Shown here piece by piece: positions 53,501-64,000 of a stretch of 64,000 bases of DNA (position 1 is the stretch's first letter; each line of letters begins with the position of its first letter). The notes beneath the pieces are model-generated. The model worked only from the letters and a program-made list of their open reading frames with translations. It was not told where the DNA came from and ran no database searches. The DNA is taken from the NCBI GenBank assembly GCA_963920595.1, contig OY986947.1, positions 5,270,001-5,334,000 on the forward strand. The letters are read 5' to 3'. Made by a program: the position numbers and the translations under genes. This DNA is from Eimeria praecox (lineage: Eukaryota).

Positions 53501-56500
53501 GAGACAGATATCCTGTAAGCGGGTTTAGGGTTAGGGTTCAGGGTTTTAAGGGGGACGGAAAGGAAAAGGAGCAGGACAGTGGGCCTGCTGCTAGATGTAG
53601 AAGGGTTTAGTGTGTAGAACTCAAGGGATTAGCGTTTACGGTTACGGTTGGAGGACTTCATTCGGTGGGATTGTAGAGGTGCGACCGTGCAGGGAGGAGA
53701 CGGAAGGTGGTGGCGAGCCAAGAGCAAAAGAGGACTTAGGTGAGTGCCGCACGTAGCACAACTGTTTTATCACATTTGCGCGCCCTGATCGTCAATTTTC
53801 AATCTCGGCAGCAGCCAGAGAAACAGACCATAGCGTCTATCCTCTTACAGCCTAGCTGTCTGAGCTACACCGACGCAGCGCGCCAGTGCTTCTGCTTTCA
53901 GTTTCTTTTGTTTGTATATTCGTCAGAACTGGAGTCATAGGCACGTGCTATTTACACCTTTACGAATGATTATTTGTTGTGCTGGCAAATGTGAAACATG
54001 CGTGATCTCAGCGGAAGACAACTTCATCTCCTCCGCTGTCACCGTAGAACAGGAGAAGACCCCAGAGAAGAAAGGGGAGGCCCGCGAGCTCTCTACAAGC
54101 CTCGAAGGACACAACGCGGAGTGCATGGAGATAGATGACGGGGGGGAAGATGAGACTCTGGAACGGGAAGGGGCCTCTCCCCGCCTGCTGGAGCATCTTG
54201 AAACCAAGCAGGAGCAACTGCTGCTGGAAGAGCACCAGGAAGACGCAGCAGAAGACAGGAAACGACAAGACCCAGGGCGCTTAGAAGAAGAAGGGACGAA
54301 AGTAAAACAAATGGAGGCAGACTTTCAGCAGAGATTGTGCCTAGACGACGTCGGGAAGCAGGGATTGTCTCCTGAGCACGCAGCCGGTCAGCATATGCGT
54401 GCATGAACCCGCAGTTGTCTTGTTATATTTGCTCGTGCAATCCATGCCTTCTCGTTCTTTGAAGGGGTTCTGCCGCGCTCTTAGGTCTCTCTTTTTGTGG
54501 TTGGGTTTCTCTTGCGACTTTGCGTTTGCGTTTGCCTGCATCTCTCTTATATTTCCTTCTTTCTGTCTTTCGTTCATATTCATATGTCTCTTACTCACAT
54601 TTCGCTCTTTCTCTCTCCTTTTCCTTCACTTTCTTTATATATGTAAATATATGGGTGTGTGAGTGTGGGCGTGTAATTACGGCTGACTTGTATAGATTCA
54701 AGCGCGCTCTTATGCTAGAAGGTGCACTGGTGCTTGCATTTTCACGTGTGCACGCCGTGGATATTCTAGAAGTGCGGAGTGTTGCATGCGTCTGCATGGT
54801 ATATGGGTTCCGTGGTGCTGCGCAGCTCTTTGGAACCTACTGGAGGGCCGCACAGCAGCCGCCGCCGTTGCCCTCAGCGAAACGCTGCGTCTCGTTTTGC
54901 AACCGACTGCCAATGGAGCTTGGGAAGGGGGCTACCGATCAGGTATGCATGCATGCACGAAGAGGACCACGCAGCCTTTCCCTTAGTATGCGCAACAGGC
55001 AAATATACTACAGACGTACAGAGGGGGCGGATTTTCGCTGCCAGATGCAAATGCATACCACGATATCCATCGCAATAAGCGTATCCAATCCAATGCATGA
55101 ATTTAGCAACAATCTAGGCGTCTTGTGTGTTGTGTTTGGCGCTTTCGTTTCTTAACACCTTTCGTTCGTTTCTATGGCACATCACCGGGGATTTTCCTCT
55201 GCGTGACATGCGTGCATGCTTTGCCTACTTTGCTTTGTGCTGCTCGAGACGAGCTCATTGGTTGAAGTTGCTTCCCGGTTGTCGATGTATTTTTTACTGA
55301 CACAGCCGTTCCCGTCGATGCAAGCGATGCAGATTAATCGGCGCATAGCCACCACCGGTGTTGCGTCAGTTCTATTATATACCAGGGGCTTTTAGCCGGA
55401 ATAGCGACAGCACAGCAGCTGCAGGAGCACAGCCTGAGCAAGTGGTAGACATTTTGCGGATAGCGTAGTTTGCGCCTTCTTAATGAAAACAACTCCTTAA
55501 TGGCGAACTCATGTGGCCTTGTGCGTGTCCAGGAAAAAAGTTGAGCCTTCGGAGGGTGTTGGCGTATGTCGCCTCGTCGCAGCGAGACGATCGTCTTTGG
55601 TTACGCAGGCGGCGGCCTCAGGGCTTTCAATACCGTGTGCTTGTGGGCATTGACTGCAGCAGCTCCATGCAACAGCTTAATGCAGCCCCAAGTGCGCTCG
55701 AAGCCGTCGTTCTGTTGGCGCAGGCTTTCAACCACCTTCAGGTTTGCTATACCCCACGCATCAAGCGGAGAACCAGACGCTTCTCTCCATGTGGTTTTGC
55801 ATCGACATGCATAATGGGCACAAGCTGCACGTGTGCTTATTTATGCTTCTGTCTGGCGCAAATATTGGGACCAGTTTATTGTGCGATTGTTGTTGAATAT
55901 CGTAGGAGAGCTTATATTGTTTGTTAGTTTTGCATGTGCTCTATTCCGCTGGCCCTTCCCGGTCTTCTGCCTGCTCTGTTTAGCTCAATACACGTAGCCC
56001 CTGGATGCGATCTGGGGATGTCTGCGCCTGGTTTTGTTTCTTATGCTTTTCTATGTGTGGCTGCACTGACGAGGAAGACAGCAAAATGAGAGAGGGACAG
56101 ATAGCTGCGAAAGCTATGCCTCCCCATGATGCTATGTTGTAGTTTTCAAGCCGAGTCCGTGCTGCGCGTGCATTGCTCTCTATATATGCACGCATCAATG
56201 CAGTTGTTGGGCGCACGCATGCTTTGGTGCTTTGCCGCATGAAGGGTAATCTTTATGCATTTCTGAGGTGCATGCGCTAGTGGCTGATGAATGGGACTGG
56301 CTACGTGCGTGCTTGCACGCCTGCTTTTCTTCCTTTCCTGCGTTCCTACATATTTGTCATGCAACAATGACTATTTTGCCTGCCTGCATGCACTTGCTTG
56401 AATGTGATGGCTGTTGGTTTTCTTTTTCGTTTATTTTGCGTGTGCACCGTTGAAATACTGGTGAGTGTCGTGGCAGCAACTGGGCTGCCGTTTTGAGCGC

Positions 56501-57153
56501 ACGCGTGCGCTGTAGGTGCATGTACAGAGGAGATGCGTTGCAGGTTGTTCTGTATGACGCTTCTGTCTCTGTCGGCGCTGCAGATCGGCACTGTTAGTGT
56601 CTGTACGTTTGGTGGACCCAAGCCGGAGGTCTGCATACACCCGACGTCACAGGTGTCTACAGCAGACGGACAGCGCCTTCTGGAACGCTGCAGCTTCAAA
56701 GAGGAGTCGCACAAGAGCCACGAAGTTGCTGTGACGGATATGCTGCAGCTTGCGATACATGAGCTGGACCAGGATACCAGCAGCAACAGCAGCAACACCA
56801 CGAGCATGGCTCTCATCCTCTCCGATGGCCGATTCAACAAGGAACAAGCAAGGCCCTGGGTGAATGCAGCGATTGCACGAGGATGCATCCCTTTGCTGCT
56901 CATTCTTGACCCCGAGCCCCAGCACCAGAAGCAGCAGGCCTCAGATGGTCAAGCTTTCGCGCCTGCTCACAGCAGCAGCATATTTGACTTGAAGCAAGTG
57001 CAGCAACTGCCTGGAGGCGGCATGGAGGTGACACCTTATTTGCATGACTTCCCCTTTCCTTATTATGCAGTGGTCAGAGACACACGGCAGCTGCCAGCGG
57101 TGTTAGGAGACATCATTCGACAGTGGGTTGAGGCCGCCAGCAGCAGGTCGTGA
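26574..57153 (+). CDS. MDN1: Midasin (MDN1/Rea1), hexa-AAA+ ATPase of pre-60S maturation; multi-exon
   Basis: Six Walker A motifs in order (GLPGSGKS, GDTGAGKT, GPTSCGKT, GDTGAGKT, GPPGAGKT, intron-split GEKGAGKS), with WLLLDEINLA, DELNLAPSDVLE|ALNRLLD and MNPGGDYGKRELSPALRNR. These are followed by a long helical linker, GTGLGEGDG, a D/E-rich region (about 50400-54400) and a C-terminal MIDAS/VWA (LRLVLQPT, WLRR..P, IDCSSSM, ILSDG, YLHDFPFPYY). The N-terminus could extend upstream. Confidence 0.96.
53521..53553 (+). repeat. Degenerate telomere-like heptamers at the start of an MDN1 intron
   Basis: GGGTTTAGGGTTAGGGTTCAGGGTTTTAAGGG directly after the GTAAGC at 53515. Confidence 0.8.
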
Positions 57154-60100
57154 AGGTGAGACGGAGCTAACGTCTCCCTGTCCTTCAAATAAGTTGGCGT
57201 TACTTCGTCGCCAACAGCTGATTTTAGCTGTGCCTTGAGTCGGGAGACCTTACGTGGTAGACGGCAAGGAGTGTCTTCCCATTCCTTGCGCGTTTTCCGC
57301 CCTTTTTTTCTGTACTGATTTGTTCCTTTTTGTTTTGTTGTGCTTTTGGCTCTGTTCACTTGGTAGTAGCTCACGCCAGCGATTGAAGTGCTCGACAGCC
57401 TCTGAAGCCCTAAACCTATACGATAGCATTCCCATAGCCTTATAGCTGCACTGGCGATGGTTGGCCAGCTAGATGCAGCGCAGGAGCTTCATCGCAGTGC
57501 AACAAACAAATGGCATGCAATTGACCAGCTTCAAGCGTGCTTGATAGGGCTGAAGACAGATACACGTTTCTATTATGATACGCCGGAGGAGACCGTAACT
57601 CCACCAGCCAGAGATGAACAGACACGGCTAGAAGAAGACACCAACAAGCGTGTGCGAGTAACAGCGACAGTCGTACGGAACCACGCGGGAACAGAAATTT
57701 GTGAAGGGAGCGGGGAGATACAGTAGCAGATACATGAAAATAAAAGGAAGCAGCTGCTCTTCCTACGGGTGTATAGGCTTTAGTGGGGCGGAGAGGACGC
57801 TAATACGCCGGAGGCTCCCTACGGAAGTACAGCTGCAGAGGCAATTCCCTGTACAAGCAGCAGCGAAGCACATTCTGCTGCCGTATTGCCCCCTGCCTAC
57901 GCTGCTGCTGTAACTCTCTCGTGACGTCTCCGGGCACCCTACAGGTGCAGCAACCGCAGCTACATCCTAAAGCAAGCACTCTGATGCTGACCCAGGTAAA
58001 CTGTAAATTGTTGGACGCGCTTAGCCCTTAATACTAACCTAATCCCAACGATCTTCTGGCGGCGGTGGCTGTCTACTGTAGACCAAAACGGGCGGCGGAA
58101 GACGAGAAGAAGCGAGGAAGAAACTGGAGAGAAGAGCAGATAGCAGAGCAGAGCAGTGATTAAAGGAGACGAAATGGGACAGACTAGCTGCCTGTCTGTT
58201 TGTATCTCTTCTCAAATTCAAAAGCGGCATTCACGAACAGGCTGGCTCAGCCGTTCTTCCAGAATTCTCTCCTTGTTGCTGCTTCTCTTTGCTCCGTACC
58301 GTCAAGCCGGTTGTGTAGCTGTAACGTCGGGTCTACACGATTGCTCTATGGCATGCCTGCCGACCCAATGATTACTCCTTTCCACCCGCCTGCCGTGGGA
58401 GATGCAGCAGCAACAGCAGGATTCCACACATGAACCGGGACTTCGGCGTTTGTGTTTACTTATGTCATGATTTGTGCGGTCTGGGCTACCAAGGTTGCAG
58501 GTAGCAGCTGCGGGTAGCGTTGCTGCAGGTGCCAATACATGAGACTGGGCACGCAGCTGGCTGTTCATGCATGAACTTACTCTGCAGTGTTGCCTCCTCC
58601 GAGCCACCAACACAGAGGTCTTTCCCTGGCTGCTTCGGCTGCTGTCGTTGGATTACGAGGTCCAACTGGGTGAGCCCGCAAAGTATGGCATCGGTTGACC
58701 CAAGGAAGCAAGAGAGCCTCCGACACACGCAAGCAGTGGCAAGTCCAGCTGTAGCAACAGCAGCAGCAGTAGCTGCAGCAGGAGCGTTATCAGTAGCGAT
58801 ATATGCAGCAGCAGAAGCGTCTGCGACAAGCGCATTCATCCTATGCCTCTGTGCGGGTGCTGAGTTAACAGCTGCACCAGCAGAAGCATCTGCAGCAACG
58901 GCCTTAATTCAACCCGTGCGAAGACGCTTAGCTAGCTGCTGCAGCGGCTGCATCTCTAGAGGTAGAAAGTAGGTAGAGGAGCCCAGCAAACACCCAAAAG
59001 ATGGACTCGCAGCCAACAAAAGAGGCCAGGAGGCCAACAAGCTTTCAAAAAGCTGAACCTGTCGCTACTCGTGCGTGCTCAGAGCCAGCACCAGAAACAA
59101 TGTAAACAGCAATTGGAAAGCCCTGCATTGTGTTGTCTCCCTGCGGCCGAGGAGCCTCCAACCCAAACAACGGGTTTCCGCTGCCCCTGATGCTAGTGCT
59201 GCTGCCCTTCTCGCAGTTGCTGGTGTGCGTGCTGCTGCCTGGAGCCCGATCAACGCTCTCACCCTCGATGGGTGGCGATCACACGCAGCAGGTGGTGCGG
59301 AACCCTTTGCCACCAGCCTCAGCAGCAGGGGTAGCATTGCTAGCAGCAGTGGCAGTAGCAACATTTTGCTGGCTTTTCTTGCATGAATGCAACATACATT
59401 CCGACTTCTCCCTTAAGGTGTGTCGCGTGTTGCCTGGCATCGTCTAGCGCGGTGCTTCTGGAACGTGCGAGGGGCTTCTGGTATCAAATGCGCCTCCAGC
59501 TATGACACATGCAGCCTGTTGTTGAACCAGGACTACCACAAAACGGCGGATTGTTTGCCGCATGTAAAACAGCAGTGAGAATTTTTGGAGAACAGAAGGA
59601 TATCATGCAGAACAAAATATCTCTTGCTCATTCATGCCACGCCGTCAACAGTGCAGAAGCGGTTTGAAACCTTGCACAAATTACAATACAGCATTGCTGT
59701 GTTTGTAGTTGCACGCTGGCTTCAGGTAAAAGCTGCCAGATTGTTCTACGCGTTACAACACAGCAGGAAAACAAGCGGGTTGCTTTAACCTTAGTGCATC
59801 AGCGAACACAAATGGTATGATGCAAAGGACATGCTTAAGCGAAAGAGATTGTTCATCCATAGCGTGCGCATAGAAGAACACCATGTTCTGCTTAGGATCC
59901 CTGAGAGGTTTTGTTGGTGAGGCTTTACGCTCGCTTACTGTTGCCTCTAACATCACGACAATGCGAACACCATCTTGTGCTGTTGCCCCTATTACTTTTG
60001 TTGCTGCATTTTCTGATGCCCCTGCTACTAGATATACCATTATTGTGTGTTGTAAATTGCAAACCAAGGCTGTGGAGTTTGTACGCTATACTGCATGCAT

Positions 60101-60601
60101 ACCTACGCTAATGAAATCGTCAGGGTATGCAGGCATTTGTTCTTTGCTTCAAGCACGTGCAATCTGCATCGCATCTTTTCTTCGCATGCGCGAATGTCTG
60201 CTGAGCATGCACTGGTTGCTTGCTTGCTTTGTTCCTTCAAATGGTTGAACGCAAGCCTATGCGTTTACACACATCTAGTTGCTGCATGCAGGCATGCTTA
60301 TTTAGCCTGCATGCACTCATGCATTTGTACGCATGCATGTGCGCTGAGGTTTACTTCTGGTTTGCGTTTTGTTTGCACTGCTGAGAGAACAGCCTGTTCT
60401 GCCGAGTTGCCTCTGGTTCGACGTGGACAGTAGTGGTGAAAATGAGCCGGAGGTCCTTTCCAAATTGTTTTGTGAACCGCGGTTGCCTTTGTCGGCCTTG
60501 CAAAGGCGGAAGCAATGTCTGCGGCAGTTGCAATTGACAGGAAACATATGCCTTCGGGGAGAAAGCACCTGCTGTTAGGGCGTTAAAAGGGGGGACTGAG
60601 G

Positions 60602-61521
60602 CTACGGGGAAGCTAGGGCTGCAAGGGGATCTCCCCAAAACTGCAGGCCGCGCTGCAGGGCGTCAGCAAGCAGCAACACAGCATCTTCTGCTGATGCCGC
60701 GCCGCCTGTCAAAGCTACAGCTGCTGATGCTCCCTCCTGACGTCTCCGTCCGTGATGCAGATGCAAGAGCAGCATCCACATTCTGAAGCAATCACCCACC
60801 AACGTTGTCGCATCGCAAACCCTAAACACCCTAAATCGATCAAACCAAGTCCCGCAAAACCACGGTGCAGGCTGCTGTGCCATGTACACCACAAGCAGGG
60901 AAGGCGGGGGGTGGGAAGAGAAGTCCTAGAGAAACACAAAGTGAACGAAACAAGCACTACCGAAGGGCAACAGGCCAGTTGCTCATATGTATCACCTCAC
61001 CTTTTTGAAAAGGGGCTCTCACAAATCGCCTGGAGCAGCCGCTCTTCCATATGGGGCACTTCCTGCTGCAAGCTCTCTGCCTGCTGCTTCTGCCCCCTAT
61101 CGTCAAGCTGATTTTGAGGCTGCAGCTGTGGGGCCCACAATCCCTCACAAAGGCTCGCCATGACTGTGCCGTCCAAACACGCCAGCACTAAAGCAGCGCC
61201 TGTTGCATCGAGGCAAACGTCGCGTATGCTGCTGTTGTGACTGCTGCCGCTGGCGCTGAGCAATAGAGCCTGCAGGTATACCCAAAGTTGCTGCTCCCGC
61301 TGCAGCACTGCCGTGACGCAAGGCATTCCATCTGCAGCACCAGGAAGCCGCTGCAGCAGCACGAAGGGAAAGACCGTGTGCCTGCTGGCCCACTGAGCGA
61401 GCCGCTCCAATCGCCTGCAGCAGCAGCAGCCGCATCAGGGCTAAACCTAAATTCGCAGGCATGGAGATACGCGGGATGTGACTGCTGCTTACAACACAAA
61501 TAAAAGCATATTAGATATACA

Positions 61522-61586
<65 letters not shown>

Positions 61587-64000
61587 ATATAATACCATAG
61601 CCTTGTCGGCTACTGTTGTTGGCGTTTCGGTTAGGGCCGATTTTGCTGCTGCTGTCCACCTACCACTGGGGAACAGTCTTTGCCGTTTTATTCGCAATTA
61701 ACAATTCAGACATAAAAGCACTCTCCAGCGTTGCCGCAGAAGGCCACCAGCAAAGAGGTTTTGCCTTGTCTGTTGCTGCTGCTGCTGCGGCGGCTTCGGC
61801 CGGACTACGGGGTCCAAGCAACAGTTCCTTGTAAAGAGCCCGCACAGCACGGTGTCCCTTGATCCCAGGACGCAAGAGTAGCTGCAGGGCACAACAACAG
61901 GAGGTGTGCAAATGTCAACAGAACCGGCAGCATCTGCAACAGTGGAGACACCAGAAGCAGTGTTATTCGCACTAAGCTTGTGTGTAGTCGCTGAGCGCGA
62001 TGTTGCGGTTACAGCAGTTTTACAGGTAGCACGTTGAGCAGACGTGCTGCTAAAGTGGTTAACGACAAGCCTGCATCTTAAATTTTCGGCGCAATGGGAC
62101 AAGAGAAATAGAAAAGCTAGGAAAGACAGTAAGCAACAAAGAAGCCAAGCAAAGTGACAGATTGTGCTCACGGACGTGTGTGTACACCGCGAGAAAAAAA
62201 GGATTTGACGGGAAGCGTCGTAGCATGAACTCCACAGCCTTTAGCAAGCTTTTATATTCTTCTTCAGCAGCAGTGGTCGCACCACCACTTGCTGCTGCTT
62301 GCGTTCTTGTTGCTGTTGCTCCAACTGCTCCTGGGATGCTCACAGCCACCAGAAGAACCAAGATGAACGACAAAGCCATCTCCTCGCACCGCGATGCTTC
62401 ACTCCTGCTGCAGAGCCCACAGCGCGCAAGATGGCTTGCGCTACTGCCGTTGTTGCTACTGGTGCTGTTCTCGTTGCTGTTGTTGTTGCTGTTGCTGCCT
62501 GAAGATGCGTCCGAACTTGCTCCTCCACCCGCCGACGAGCATCCGCAGCAAATAGGGCAGCACTCGTCACCAGCCGCTGCAGCAGCGTTAGCACCCTCAA
62601 CCGCTGCACGGTGCTGCTCGAATACGTTCCAGATAGAAGAAACCTTGGGCGACAAGGTGGCATGCAGCAGCAGTGCGAGAAAGAGATTTGCCCAGGGTGG
62701 CGATGTCAGCAGGGGAAAAGCGCTGGCGTTTGCAGCAGCTACTGCAGCAGCACCAGCGGCAGCAATCCGTGAGCGCTGCAGAAGCACAGCGCAGCACGCC
62801 GCCACCTGAGACCGAGAAAATGGATAGGCATTGTCCGCTTCAGTAGACCCGCCCGCATCCTGCTGTTGCTGCTGTTGCTGGTGCTGCCCTTGCTGCTGAT
62901 CGTGCTGCTGAGGGACACCGGGCGACAAGGGGTTAAATGAAGCGAAGGAGCGGTCAGCAGAGCAAAGGGCTACATGCACCGATGCTGCTGCAACTCCCCA
63001 TCCCTCAAAAGGCAAAGCCTCCATCGGCTGCTGTTGTTGCTTCTGCTGATGCTGTTGAGATGGCACGCTTACAACGCTTCCCATCCAGCACGCCCAAGGC
63101 CAGCCGAAGTAAAGCAGCTGTGGGAGGTCTCTAGGTGTATGCTGCCCCTGCCAGTCCTGCACGTCTTGCATGCGAGTATCACCAGCAGCAGACGCAGCAC
63201 CTGCAGCAGCATCTGCAGCAGCAGCAGTAGTCAGCTCCAGGAAGGCCCAGGAAGCTGCGAGGGGAGCATGCGATGCAAAGGCGCTGCAGCAAGTCAGTAG
63301 CACCTTTCTTCCCTGCAGGAGTAGGGTTTGCGGGGAGTTCTTCTTTTTCCTCGCATTATTATTGTCGCAGCAGTTGCTGCTGATGTTGTTAGTGCTAGAG
63401 CCGGAAGTGTCGGCTGTTGCTGCTTGGAGGAAGAGTGAAGATGCAAAGGTGAGCCACAATGCCGGCTCTGCTTCATTTCTTTTGAGCACCAACCGAAAGA
63501 TCCTGTAGTTGCAGCACAGAGTGTACCAACAGCACGAGTAAGTATAGCAGCAGCAGCAGCAGCACGAGCAAGAACAAAGCCACAGACCCGGGAAGCCTGA
63601 TGCATGGGGCACTGAAAAGGTAGAAGTACACCTGGGAGGGCAACTCAGCAAGCAAACACAGAAGACGCATCAGATACGTCACGTGGTTTGCTGCACCGGC
63701 TGCACCCCCTGCTGCAGTAGCAGAGAAACTTACCGAGGGGAAGGACAGAGACACAGAGAACAATACAAGAGCAGACGGTCGTCGGGGAATACCAGAAGAG
63801 CCTGAGAGGAGGAAATGCACAGTTAGATACGCCTGTTCTACAGCCCAGACTCCGTTGCTAATCCAACTGCCGTGGCATCTAGAGCTGTTGCTGCTGCTAC
63901 CCTGACTACCATAGGCGTTGCTGGTGTTTCAGCTGCTGCAGGGCAACACGTGGGCTTCGCTGCCGCCTCTGCAACACTCTTGCAGCAGCAGCAGCAGCAG
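60602..64000 (-). CDS. NRDE2: NRDE2-like nuclear exosome regulator / HAT-repeat-like protein, 3' part; multi-exon
   Basis: Motif order recalled from the NRDE2 family: RLVLKR...ALWLTFA...GRKVL, LRRFPSNPFFLAVY, VRALYKELL, and across the phase-2 join 61001/60782 LLQAICESPFSKR|MWML (cf. RAxxxCPWxKxLW), then ADALQRGLQ near the stop. Family call is by eye and highly diverged. Confidence 0.6.

Noticed and set aside
26574..57153. Separate AAA genes, dynein heavy chain or pseudogene
   Set aside because: The ORF breaks I checked coincide with phase-compatible GT-AG introns, and the domain order AAA x6, linker, D/E-rich, MIDAS is that of a single midasin
26574..64000. MDN1 and NRDE2-like genes as a functional RNA-processing cluster
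   Set aside because: Adjacency of two nuclear genes in a eukaryote is not evidence of a system without synteny or co-expression data

Overview
Eukaryotic, intron-rich DNA with the hallmarks of a coccidian (Eimeria-like) genome: pervasive (CAG)n tracts translated as poly-A/Q/S, TGCATGCA palindromes, interstitial TTTAGGG heptamers and long (TA)n/(GATA)n arrays. The species cannot be determined from sequence alone. Most ORFs in the supplied track are microsatellite artefacts. Genes reconstructed by hand from splice phases: the 3' part of a PDK/BCKDK-family kinase (+), a secreted class-3 lipase (-), an A-type Fe-S carrier ISCA1 (+), NME7/NDK7 (-), a micro-exon acidic coiled-coil gene essentially missed by the ORF track (-), a ~30 kb midasin/MDN1 (+) and the 3' part of an NRDE2-like gene (-). 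No CRISPR, rRNA, tRNA or intact mobile element was seen, and I found no convincing new multi-gene system. The best leads are the symmetric micro-exon gene, a GC-AG intron in NME7, a signal peptide built from a CTG microsatellite, and repeat-expanded inserts at regulatory sites of MDN1 and the kinase.
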